33,198 nt of DNA from a virus (IMGVR_UViG_3300017766_004540:1-33198); one strand, 5' to 3'; counted from the first letter of the stretch, positions 19,384 to 27,899 are shown. Numbers and translations are program-made. The notes: a model not told the origin generated them from the sequence alone.

Positions 19384-20778
19384 ATGTCAGTCTTCAATGA
19401 AAAAATATATGGGTTTACCAGAGGCATAGTAATTAAAAATGATGACCCCGCTAAGCGCGGCCGCGTCAAAATATTTTTACCAGCATATCCTGCTTTAATA
19501 TTGAACGGGTCTTATTCAATGAATAAGCCGGGTCAAAAAATACAACCTTCCGATGTTGCAGAACAATATTTAAAAACAGAATCTGCCGCGGCGAATGCTC
19601 GCGAAGTATTGGGTTCAGGTACTATAGCGGGCTCTTTGCCGCCCACAGTAATGGAAGAAATTGCTCGTATTGTGCCATGGGCCGACCAAGCTTCTCCTTT
19701 GATGGGTAGCGGCGGAATGGGCATATATGATGCATCAACTGGTAAGTTTAATATTAGTGACGTGTCATATACAAACGGTGTTCCTCCGGCTAAAGGGGAA
19801 GCTAGACGCATTGCAAATTTGGCAAGCCCAAAACCCGGTACAGATGGTTCTATTAATACAAGAAGCAAATTTGGCATGCCGAGTCATACTAATAACGCCG
19901 CTAGGGGTTCATTTTCAATTCCTAAAGTAGGATCTCATGTGTGGGTTTTCTTTGAGAATGGGAACGTCAAACGGCCTATATACTTCGCTTATTCCTTTAA
20001 TGATGATGAATGGAATTCTGTATTGGATGGGACACCAGATGCACCTAGCATACATCAACCTAGTTCAGTTCCTGCCGAAAGCAATTCAAAATCACCTAAG
20101 CTAATAGCTGGAAAATATACATTAACTGATCGAGGCGGTACACTTGAAATTGTCAATACACAAAATTTTGAAGCTGTAAAAATTACAGATTTTCATGGCA
20201 ATACGTATCAATTAACAAATCATGGTATATTCGAAAACACTGCTACCGGCAAGAATAAATCAACACATATAGCCGGCGATTATTTTATAAAGGTTGACGG
20301 AAACTATAAAGTAGAAGTATCAGGAGACGCTCAAGTAGTTTCTAAAGGAACAAAACATCATGTTGTAGGTAATTTAAATGATGTAAAAACCCAAGCAAAA
20401 TGGTTAGAAACTGCACAACCAGTCTTTAAGAATGCATCTCAATTTGCAGCGGTACCTGATTTCAAAAAGATTAAAGAATCTATGAAAAAGACAGCAGAGA
20501 AAAAAGCACCAAATGATTTTTTCTGTTTACCTAAGTTCATGAATTTTAAATTACCTTTTGGATTACCTTTAACATTATTTCTCAAGCAACTCAATTTAAT
20601 GCTTACAGGAGTGGGCGCGTATTTAAAGATGGGGTTATTGGTTATTAAAAATGTTCAAGAGTTGGCAGATTCTGTTTTGGCTTTTATAAGAAATCCATTT
20701 TCGTTCATATTTGCTTTGCTGGGAGATCCAATTAAATTATTAGGTATTTCACTTTGTAATAGTAAAAATAAAAAATAA
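19384..20778 (+). CDS. Baseplate hub gp5/VgrG-like protein (OB fold plus beta-helix), no lysozyme domain evident
   Basis: RGIV..NDDP..RGRVKI and IPKVGSHVWVFFENG...PIYF OB-fold motifs; VxGD/N repeats. Confidence 0.75.
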   Translation: MSVFNEKIYGFTRGIVIKNDDPAKRGRVKIFLPAYPALILNGSYSMNKPGQKIQPSDVAEQYLKTESAAANAREVLGSGTIAGSLPPTVMEEIARIVPWADQASPLMGSGGMGIYDASTGKFNISDVSYTNGVPPAKGEARRIANLASPKPGTDGSINTRSKFGMPSHTNNAARGSFSIPKVGSHVWVFFENGNVKRPIYFAYSFNDDEWNSVLDGTPDAPSIHQPSSVPAESNSKSPKLIAGKYTLTDRGGTLEIVNTQNFEAVKITDFHGNTYQLTNHGIFENTATGKNKSTHIAGDYFIKVDGNYKVEVSGDAQVVSKGTKHHVVGNLNDVKTQAKWLETAQPVFKNASQFAAVPDFKKIKESMKKTAEKKAPNDFFCLPKFMNFKLPFGLPLTLFLKQLNLMLTGVGAYLKMGLLVIKNVQELADSVLAFIRNPFSFIFALLGDPIKLLGISLCNSKNKK

Positions 20779-20781
20779 ATT

Positions 20782-22077
20782 ATGTCTTGCCCTCCTGATA
20801 AAAAACAATTACAAGCACTAGCTGCCGCTCAACAAAAAATAAAATCCATAACAAACAAATTAAATTCATTTGGTGTTGGATCGATTATTAAAGGATTGGG
20901 TGCCAAATTAATACCTGCTAGTCTTAAGAATCTGGGCAATACAGCAAATGTTCAAACACGGCAAGATCATGCCGGTGTCATAGAAGATACAGCTTCTAAA
21001 TTGGCGCCCATAGAAACAGAAATGTCTCCAGGTGGTACAGAAATCATATCATACACAAATGATTTGCATATAACAGTGGGGGGAAAGTTTGTATCATCGC
21101 AATCATGCCCGCCCATTAGAAAGACATTGGGATTACCCGTTATTGAAAAGATAGAAATCAATAATGATCGAACAGACGCAAAATTATCCGATGCACCTTA
21201 TGTAGAAACATTATCACATCCAGTACCTTGGGGCAATTATTCTATATTAGCCAACAATAGTTTTAATTTAGTAGTAGGAGCAAATGGAATAGTAGTGTCC
21301 ACTGAAGGCAACTATGATGTCAATGCATTTGGAGTATCTACCATATCTTCTCTGCATGGACTCAATTTAACTACATCAGAAGGCAATCTTAATATCATAT
21401 GCGGTAATCATGTTCAGATAGTTGGTAAAACGGTTAATATACAAACGTGCAATGAAAATGATCAAGTAGTTATTAATAGTAACCTAGGTATTAAGAAAAA
21501 TGCAGTAGTTCACGGATCACTTTACGTAGATGGCGAAATCTATGCACAACATTTAACTACGCCGGCACAAACACAAGAAACTTCAGAGACTATGGCAAAA
21601 GCATTTTTGCCGCCCGAGCAAGTCATTGCTTATGCAGACATAGGCCCTCTTATCACTTGGATAACACAAAACTTTGCTTTGATATCTGCATCGATTGCAA
21701 GTCAAATTCCAATGGGCCCACATGCTTATATATACATGCCCGTCATACCAGCAAATATGTATTATCCTGGTATGAAACTTGCCTGTCGTTCATTCGAATA
21801 CTTTGGTACAGGTATACCAAATGGTACATGGAGCATGATGCCCGCGGGCCCTGTAGGCAGTGTATTTGACCCACTATCACTTGCAGAGCTGCATTCAACA
21901 GATAATGCTAATAAAGCAGTTTCTGTTCTACCTCATAATCACCAATATTATGGCCCCGCTTCTTCTAAATTACAAGGTAATGGTGATGTAAGAGATGCAG
22001 CAGCTTCTATTATTAATTCAGGTTCAACTGGTGAAGCACAAGGAGTTGTTCATGGTGGTTCTGGTTTACATGTCTAG
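20782..22077 (+). CDS. gp5 C-terminal-like spike/beta-helix protein
   Basis: Repetitive beta strands (GNY.I, GNLNI, V.GSLYVDGEI) and HxH (PHNHQ) near the C-terminus; follows the gp5-like gene. Confidence 0.55.
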   Translation: MSCPPDKKQLQALAAAQQKIKSITNKLNSFGVGSIIKGLGAKLIPASLKNLGNTANVQTRQDHAGVIEDTASKLAPIETEMSPGGTEIISYTNDLHITVGGKFVSSQSCPPIRKTLGLPVIEKIEINNDRTDAKLSDAPYVETLSHPVPWGNYSILANNSFNLVVGANGIVVSTEGNYDVNAFGVSTISSLHGLNLTTSEGNLNIICGNHVQIVGKTVNIQTCNENDQVVINSNLGIKKNAVVHGSLYVDGEIYAQHLTTPAQTQETSETMAKAFLPPEQVIAYADIGPLITWITQNFALISASIASQIPMGPHAYIYMPVIPANMYYPGMKLACRSFEYFGTGIPNGTWSMMPAGPVGSVFDPLSLAELHSTDNANKAVSVLPHNHQYYGPASSKLQGNGDVRDAAASIINSGSTGEAQGVVHGGSGLHV

Positions 22078-23033
22078 ACCACCAAGTATTCAGTCAACGC
22101 TAAATCAACTAATGTGCTAGCACCGGCATAAGACATAGCACTTTGTAAGTCTTCTTGCACTTCTTTTAATTTTTCAAAATATGTCATGCCATTTGTAGGC
22201 AATAACATCTTCTTGCCTTCTACATTCTTTTTAAATCCTTTGTTCTCTGCAGAAGCTGAGCCAAAATAAACCTTTTCGCCGTTAATGATTTCCCCGGGAC
22301 TATCCACACATTGTGCAAATACACTACCGGCCATAACCATATCAGCTCCTGCGACCAACGCTTTAGCTATATCACCGTTATGTTGAATACCGCCATCGGC
22401 AATTAATTTTGATATTGGAAAAGCTTCCCTGATCCTTTTTATAGTAGAGAACATTGGCGTAAAGAATCCAGTCTTTAACTTTGTAATACAAGACTTCCCG
22501 GGTCCGATACCTATCTTAATAACATCAGCACCCCAACTAATTAAATCAGAAGCACCTTCAGGAGTACCTACGTTTCCAGCAACGACACATGAACTAGAAA
22601 AATTTTGTTTTAGAAAATATAACATTTCTTTCATGTTATGACAATGACCATGCGCAACATCAACCGTGATGTAATCTACAGACAAATTTGCATTTTGTAT
22701 TTTGCGTAATGTATCATAATCACCATCTTTAATACCTACTGAAATGGAAATAGTATTCCATCCTTCTTTATTCGCATTCAAGACAAATTCATAATTGTCA
22801 ATACCAAACCGATGCATGACATAGAAATAATTATTTGATTGTAACTTATTAGCTAAATCACAATCAATAACGCATTTCATATTAGCAGGTACTAACGGCA
22901 CCTTGAACAATTTATTATTCAAATATACATTAGTAGATAATTCCGATCTACTAGTTCCGTTAAAGTATTTCGGAACTAGTGCTACATCATCATAACTAAG
23001 GGCTCTTTCCATAAGCCCAATATACATGATCAA
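22074..23033 (-). CDS. guaC: GMP reductase
   Basis: LSYDDV.LVP, VPANM, YVMHRF, TVDVAHGH, AGNVGT, KIGIGPG.SCIT, IADGGI, YFGSAS, DLQSA.SYAG; lacks CBS domains. Confidence 0.9.
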   Translation of the reverse strand: MIMYIGLMERALSYDDVALVPKYFNGTSRSELSTNVYLNNKLFKVPLVPANMKCVIDCDLANKLQSNNYFYVMHRFGIDNYEFVLNANKEGWNTISISVGIKDGDYDTLRKIQNANLSVDYITVDVAHGHCHNMKEMLYFLKQNFSSSCVVAGNVGTPEGASDLISWGADVIKIGIGPGKSCITKLKTGFFTPMFSTIKRIREAFPISKLIADGGIQHNGDIAKALVAGADMVMAGSVFAQCVDSPGEIINGEKVYFGSASAENKGFKKNVEGKKMLLPTNGMTYFEKLKEVQEDLQSAMSYAGASTLVDLALTEYLVV

Positions 23034-23659
23034 ATTACATTGTCAACCAACCCGTATTTCAAACAGGTATCACTATCCATCCAAAGATCGTGCTTAAGAA
23101 TAGAATCGAGTTCTTTCATAGGAATCTTTGTGTATTGTTTGTATAAAGATTTAATAAGAGCCATTAAGCGCTTATTATTTTCTTGACCATCATTCATCTG
23201 TTCATATGTGCCGGCACAGACGGAAGACAATTGATGAATCAACATGAATGCATTCTTCCCAATAAAGCGTTTTTTGCCGGCGATAGAAATAATAGTAGCT
23301 GCTGATGCTGCAGCACCTTCTACATAAGTATAAACACGGCTTTTGAGATCTCTAATAGTATCTACAGTAGAGATACCGGCAAATAGGTCACCACCATAGC
23401 TATTAATTCGTAAATGAATAGTAGGTGTAAAATCTTCTTCGTTCATGAGCATCTTAGCTTGAAATAACTTATTATCTACCTCTCTAAGAAGTCTGTTTAA
23501 TTCAGCACATGATTGTGTATGAATATCACAATAGAAGAATATTGAGTTGTCGACGGACTTAATTGATCCTCCTGTTGTAATTAAGTCGGCCATTGGTGGC
23601 GCAGGTAGAGTTTCTTTCGAAGGCTCTCCCTCTGTTGTCAGACCCCATTTTTTTAACAT
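23030..23659 (-). CDS. ClpP-like protease subunit
   Basis: INSYGG, catalytic Ser in AASAA, His in MLIHQ, Asp in HDLWM, YGLVD. Confidence 0.85.
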   Translation of the reverse strand: MLKKWGLTTEGEPSKETLPAPPMADLITTGGSIKSVDNSIFFYCDIHTQSCAELNRLLREVDNKLFQAKMLMNEEDFTPTIHLRINSYGGDLFAGISTVDTIRDLKSRVYTYVEGAAASAATIISIAGKKRFIGKNAFMLIHQLSSVCAGTYEQMNDGQENNKRLMALIKSLYKQYTKIPMKELDSILKHDLWMDSDTCLKYGLVDNVI

Positions 23660-23681
23660 TATATTAATTTATCTTATAGGT

Positions 23682-24248
23682 CTATTTTAGCAAACGTGAA
23701 AATCCCAAAATAAAAACTCTATTTCCATTATCATCTAACACATCGGTTGCATGGCATTTTACCGTTGTTATTTCTTGTGTAAGTCTATGTTGATAGCGAA
23801 ATGTTTCTTCAAATGGAATACGATTGTCAACCATTTCTCTCCACTTCTCTTGTACATGATCGCGATCTTCTGGATGTATAGATAATAACCAATTATGTCC
23901 TAGTGCCTCTGATTCGGACATGCCGGTCAATTGAATCCATTTACTATTTACCTTTATACATTTACCTGCTGCATCACAAAGAAAATGTGCTAGCTCCAAA
24001 GTATCTAGCATGGTATAAATCAATTTGCCCTGCAATTTAATCTCTGAATAAATGTGTGTTTGGTGCTGTGCTATCTCTTTTATCGAAAGTGGCATTTCCT
24101 TCAGACCATCCAAAAAGTCCTTTATATCAGAGTTGGTTAGTTTCTTTTTGATATAAAGATAAGTAGAAAATAAAGTTAATGCTGTAGATACAGCATAATA
24201 TAACCATGTAGAATGATTTTTTATAATCTGAAGGAAAAAATCTTCCAT
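23682..24248 (-). CDS. Membrane-anchored PAS-domain protein
   Basis: N-terminal TM helix (WLYYAVSTALTLFSTYLYI), helical linker, PAS motif D..G....VN..W..LTG....EALG..W...IHPEDR; ATG 24248 preferred over TTG 24263. Confidence 0.8.
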   Translation of the reverse strand: MEDFFLQIIKNHSTWLYYAVSTALTLFSTYLYIKKKLTNSDIKDFLDGLKEMPLSIKEIAQHQTHIYSEIKLQGKLIYTMLDTLELAHFLCDAAGKCIKVNSKWIQLTGMSESEALGHNWLLSIHPEDRDHVQEKWREMVDNRIPFEETFRYQHRLTQEITTVKCHATDVLDDNGNRVFILGFSRLLK

Positions 24249-24249
24249 A

Positions 24250-24474
24250 TTATTTTTGATCAATATTTTCTTCTTGATTTACTTCTAATTCAGATGTATC
24301 GAATAACGCCTTTACTGAAATTAGACAAGGCATGGCAGACTTAAGAAAAATGCCCGCCCATTTTGATGCATTCAGAGAACCGAAAGCAAAATCAATCTGA
24401 TCCAATTGCGATATAAATGCAATGAGAAATGTAGTAACCACATATCCCATGATTTTTGCTTTGTTCTTTTCCAT
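24250..24474 (-). CDS. Small two-hydrophobic-segment protein, holin-like
   Basis: 74 aa, two hydrophobic stretches, charged C-terminus; ATG 5 nt after TAAATA. Confidence 0.45.
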   Translation of the reverse strand: MEKNKAKIMGYVVTTFLIAFISQLDQIDFAFGSLNASKWAGIFLKSAMPCLISVKALFDTSELEVNQEENIDQK

Positions 24475-24498
24475 ATTAATATTTAATCAAATTTAAGC

Positions 24499-24539
24499 AA
24501 AAAAAATCGCAGGATTACTAAAAAAATGTAATCCTGCGA
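24499..24539 (-). terminator. Rho-independent terminator after hsp20
   Basis: 12-bp stem TCGCAGGATTAC/GTAATCCTGCGA with an A-run at 24499-24506 (U-tract on minus strand). Confidence 0.85.
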
Positions 24540-24556
24540 ATATTTATTTATCTCTA

Positions 24557-24991
24557 TTAACTAATTTGCACCCGTTTTAATTTTTCTTTTGTTGTAGCTT
24601 TTCTCGGTACATTAATAGTTAATACACCGTCTTCTTGTTTGGCGGATAATAGCTCAGCGTCAAAATCTCGGTTAATAGTATATGACCTGGTAAAGGTTTC
24701 TTCACTTTGACCTGATTGTGTTTTTATAGTTCGCTTAGCTGAAATATAAACTTCATCCTTTCCTAATTCAATAATGGTGTCGTTTTTCTTTACACCAGGC
24801 AGATCTACTTCAATGGTTAAACCTTCTGCAGTAGTAGAAAAGCGACTAGTCTCTTCTGAGAAGTTATTGAATAAATTACCTTGGGATGGTGCTATATTTC
24901 CTAATAAGGACCAAGGGTTACCGACAAGCTTTTCCCAGACGTTGTCCGAGAGTAAACTTGTCCCGATTCGTGGGATTAATGATGTACTCAT
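24557..24991 (-). CDS. hsp20: Small heat shock protein (Hsp20/alpha-crystallin)
   Basis: EVDLPGVKK, F.RSY, A..EDGVLTINVPR. Confidence 0.9.
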   Translation of the reverse strand: MSTSLIPRIGTSLLSDNVWEKLVGNPWSLLGNIAPSQGNLFNNFSEETSRFSTTAEGLTIEVDLPGVKKNDTIIELGKDEVYISAKRTIKTQSGQSEETFTRSYTINRDFDAELLSAKQEDGVLTINVPRKATTKEKLKRVQIS

Positions 24992-25042
24992 ATGTATTTT
25001 TGTAGCAATTTAAAAATAAAAATATATGTGCTACAAAAATAT

Positions 25043-25261
25043 TTATTTGAGATTTAATTTTATTTCAATGTTTTCTAGTAAAAAATGATACTGTGGTTTA
25101 AAATAACCGCGAGCTTCTTGTAAAGAAGCATTCACATACTTGGGATTTAACCAAGTTAAATGCTCTTGCAGTACACCGCCGCAAGGAGATTTAGATACGA
25201 TGTACTGAAGAGCTAATTTTTCGTCTGACGTTAATTTTTCTAAATTATTTTTTGCTAGCAT
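25043..25261 (-). CDS. Hypothetical protein
   Basis: ORF from ATG 25261 (MLAKNN..), overlapping the 3' end of the upstream gene. Confidence 0.5.
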   Translation of the reverse strand: MLAKNNLEKLTSDEKLALQYIVSKSPCGGVLQEHLTWLNPKYVNASLQEARGYFKPQYHFLLENIEIKLNLK

Positions 25262-25454
25262 TTTTCTTTTTGCTTTTTGCAAATGCTTTTGAACGTGCTG
25301 CTTCCCAAGGTTCAATCTTACCGTCTTTGTTTACATCATAGCCACCGTCTTCGCTAGTTTTAGTCTTCTTGTCTTTCGTTTTTAAATCTTTCTTGGACAT
25401 TTTTTTTATTTTTTTTGCTTCTAAAAATAATTCAACAAGTTCTGAGAATTTCAT
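25245..25454 (-). CDS. Small Lys-rich protein with EF-hand-like DVNKDGKI loop; candidate internal head protein
   Basis: MKFSELVELFLEA N-terminus; TAAATA 7 nt upstream. Confidence 0.6.
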   Translation of the reverse strand: MKFSELVELFLEAKKIKKMSKKDLKTKDKKTKTSEDGGYDVNKDGKIEPWEAARSKAFAKSKKKNASKK

Positions 25455-25525
25455 ATATTTCTATTTATATAAAACAAAAGTTTTTATATTTCTTTTTTTA
25501 TAGAATTATTACTATAAATATAGGA

Positions 25526-26773
25526 ATGAATAGCAAAAGGGCGTCTCTAAAAAAGTTAGATAAAAAAATTAATGCTGAAGATGCTTTTGATAATTTTTTA
25601 AGCACGCTATCCGAACAATTAGGCAAATTAAAAAATCTTAATGAAGAAATAGTTCATGAACAATTAATTACTGCTACACAAAACCATCCTGTGCCCCATA
25701 CTGTTAATACTGACAAGTATTTGCATTTTTTAGAAGAATTAGAAGCTATTCAAAAATCGAGTTCTGAATTGCCTGAACAAAATAAAGATATAACAAATAT
25801 ATCTTCACAAATAAACGATGAATTAAAAAAATTTAAAACACAGTTAGGCAGAATGGCTTTAGAGGGTGGCGGCGGCACAAATGCTGTTCAATATAAAAAT
25901 GGTGGATTCATGGATGGTGAATTATTAGTAAGTGGTGATATATCCACGCTAGGAAGTTTCATTCAAGATGGCAATAATTTATCAGATACAATTAATGAAT
26001 TAAAGACTATAATATCATCTAATTCTGCACAGTGGATTGCTGGTGGTTCGGGTGGAGATCTGCCTGTTTTGTCCGGGAATTGGGAAAACACCTACACTAC
26101 AGTAAAAAATAATAGTGCTGAATGGGAAAGCACATACACTACTTTTAGAGATAGTAGTTCTTCTTGGGTTGGGCTTGGTGAAATGAAATTTGCTGTTGAT
26201 ATTATTGGCAACAACAATGACACTATATATACATATGCTCATGGATTAGGGACTCCTGATTTTGTAGCAACAACAATTGATAAAGATACAAATACTTTTG
26301 TTCTAGCTGCAATATCCGCAGACGATACTAATATAACTGTAGAATTTGCAGAGCCGTTTTCTAATACATATAGATTAGTTGCAATTGGCGCCGGTCAACC
26401 AGCTGTTTCTTTGGGAACTGTAATTTCTGATTCTGCTAAATGGAATAGTACTAATACAACAGTAAAAGATTTCTCTGCATCATGGGGGTTCAATTTAACT
26501 AAAATAATAACACCCGGAGATTATTCACAAAGTAATAATTATACACACTTTGTTTACGATGATGATACAGCGGGGGGTAATATTATTACAAACTTATTAC
26601 CAGTTGCTAATCATGCCGGTGTTAAAGTACATAAAAAAATAGGAACTACAGGAACAGTAACGCTATCGGCACCATTGGATGTACTTATAGATGGCCAGCC
26701 GTATATTATTCTTAATACACAATATCAATCAGTTCAGTTATATACTGACGGTATTAATTATTACATTCAATAA
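25526..26773 (+). CDS. Virion structural (fiber-like) protein
   Basis: Coiled coil, GGGG hinge, repeated (N/D)SAxW..T(Y/N)TTV motifs, beta-rich C-terminus; ATG 25526 is 5 nt after TATAAATA. Confidence 0.6.
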   Translation: MNSKRASLKKLDKKINAEDAFDNFLSTLSEQLGKLKNLNEEIVHEQLITATQNHPVPHTVNTDKYLHFLEELEAIQKSSSELPEQNKDITNISSQINDELKKFKTQLGRMALEGGGGTNAVQYKNGGFMDGELLVSGDISTLGSFIQDGNNLSDTINELKTIISSNSAQWIAGGSGGDLPVLSGNWENTYTTVKNNSAEWESTYTTFRDSSSSWVGLGEMKFAVDIIGNNNDTIYTYAHGLGTPDFVATTIDKDTNTFVLAAISADDTNITVEFAEPFSNTYRLVAIGAGQPAVSLGTVISDSAKWNSTNTTVKDFSASWGFNLTKIITPGDYSQSNNYTHFVYDDDTAGGNIITNLLPVANHAGVKVHKKIGTTGTVTLSAPLDVLIDGQPYIILNTQYQSVQLYTDGINYYIQ

Positions 26774-26776
26774 GAA

Positions 26777-26861
26777 TGGAGCCTCGAGTGGGAATCGAAC
26801 CCACAGTAGCTTGCGCTGCCGGTTTACAAAACCGGTCCTTTACCATTCAGGGCATCGAGGC
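26777..26861 (-). tRNA. tRNA-Thr(UGU) with long variable arm, CCA encoded
   Basis: GCCTCGA/TCGAGGC acceptor stem, anticodon arm CCGGT-TTTGTAA-ACCGG, T arm GTGGG-TTCGATT-CCCAC, 3' T-CCA. Confidence 0.8.
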
Positions 26862-26872
26862 ATTAAAGAACG

Positions 26873-26974
26873 TTATTTGTTCTTCTTTTTATTAGCGCCT
26901 TTTTGAGAAGACTTTGATCCTGGCTTTTTTGGTTTCTTTTGTTCTTTACGTTGTGAGTGATCTCCTTTTCCCAT
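26873..26974 (-). CDS. 33-aa Lys-rich peptide, not in ORF track
   Basis: MGKGDHSQRKEQKKPKKPGSKSSQKGANKKKNK; ATG 7 nt after ATAAATA; ends 11 nt before the tRNA. Confidence 0.45.
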   Translation of the reverse strand: MGKGDHSQRKEQKKPKKPGSKSSQKGANKKKNK

Positions 26975-27013
26975 AGATAATTATTTATTCTAAGCGCTTA
27001 TCTAAATAATAAC

Positions 27014-27541
27014 GTGTATCACACTTCTGGCAACCTACCAAAGCATCAATATGTTTGGACTGACCTCTCACTCGTCTCGCTCGCTTCTGGATGGTCTCCG
27101 GCTGTCTGGTTTGGGATATCTTCTATACCCGGGAGGGTTTGGGGTTGTCATTTGCTCCTAGAGAGCGGTGCTGTTTATAGAAATGTTCCGCCACACGGTA
27201 TATCATTCTCTCCAAATCCTCCGGTATGGTCTCCGAAAGATGCACAACTATGGGATTGTTATTCTTCGAAATTCAGTGTATTAGAATATGACTACTTAGC
27301 TGGTATGCGATGTCAAACGATACCAGAAGGTCGTCTCGGAAGGTATCTATTCACAGTGGTTCCCTATGGAGAAGGGTTTTCGGAATACCCTGAGCAATCT
27401 AAAGAGTTTTTCTTTGTGCAATTGGATACCGGTAGATTGGTAATCTTACCCACTAATCGTTTATTATTCCGAGACCAATCATTTACCAGAGATGTTTCGA
27501 TACCATTAAAGGTATCCGATACCATTTGGCGATGTGAATAA
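27014..27541 (+). CDS. Hypothetical phage protein
   Basis: 175 aa, Trp-rich; GTG 5 nt after TAAATA; visibly more GC-rich than its flanks. Confidence 0.65.
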   Translation: MYHTSGNLPKHQYVWTDLSLVSLASGWSPAVWFGISSIPGRVWGCHLLLESGAVYRNVPPHGISFSPNPPVWSPKDAQLWDCYSSKFSVLEYDYLAGMRCQTIPEGRLGRYLFTVVPYGEGFSEYPEQSKEFFFVQLDTGRLVILPTNRLLFRDQSFTRDVSIPLKVSDTIWRCE

Positions 27542-27568
27542 TTTCCATTCATTTATATAAATAAATAT

Positions 27569-27874
27569 ATGTCTTTTACCAATATTAATATTTGCAAATC
27601 TGAAACTAAAGCAGTACCTGCAGGTGGTGCGCTAGTGGGTCTTTTAAATCAAGAATGTTCAGAAGTATTTGTTCGTAATATTGGGTCAAATCCCGTTTTA
27701 ATTTATCAGATAAAAGCTGACGGGACGGGTCCAGAGGCAGGAGCTTTTACTTTAAATGCGGGGCAAGACTTTACTTTTAGGGGAGTAACAAAGGGTTCTG
27801 ATCTCTCAGCATCTTCTTCTTTTGGTAGTACTATTACATGCCGTACGCAATTTTATTCATTCACATTGCGATAA
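27569..27874 (+). CDS. Hypothetical small beta-rich late protein
   Basis: ATG 5 nt after TATAAATA; V.VRN.G..V.I..F.L.AG pattern. Confidence 0.6.
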   Translation: MSFTNINICKSETKAVPAGGALVGLLNQECSEVFVRNIGSNPVLIYQIKADGTGPEAGAFTLNAGQDFTFRGVTKGSDLSASSSFGSTITCRTQFYSFTLR

Positions 27875-27897
27875 TACTGCAACCCATTATAATGGGT
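27866..27897 (+). promoter_or_regulatory. Sigma70-like promoter of the paralog array with perfect 16-bp palindrome over the -10
   Basis: TTGCGA (27866-71)-N16-TATAAT (27888-93), ATG at 27900; ACCCATTATAATGGGT at 27882-27897. Confidence 0.65.
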
Positions 27898-27899
27898 AT

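Noticed and set aside
22074-23033. IMP dehydrogenase (guaB)
   Set aside because: Short length, PANM and YFGSAS motifs and absence of CBS domains fit GMP reductase better.
24995-25041. CIRCE (HrcA) operator upstream of hsp20
   Set aside because: Only TAGCA/TGCTA match; the CTC/GAG bases are missing and the cores are 21 nt apart rather than 15.
26777-26861. Plain tRNA-Tyr(GUA) call
   Set aside because: The 5-bp stem CCGGT/ACCGG centres UGU in a 7-nt loop, GUA is off register, and the acceptor end is Thr-like; kept as an unusual Thr tRNA.
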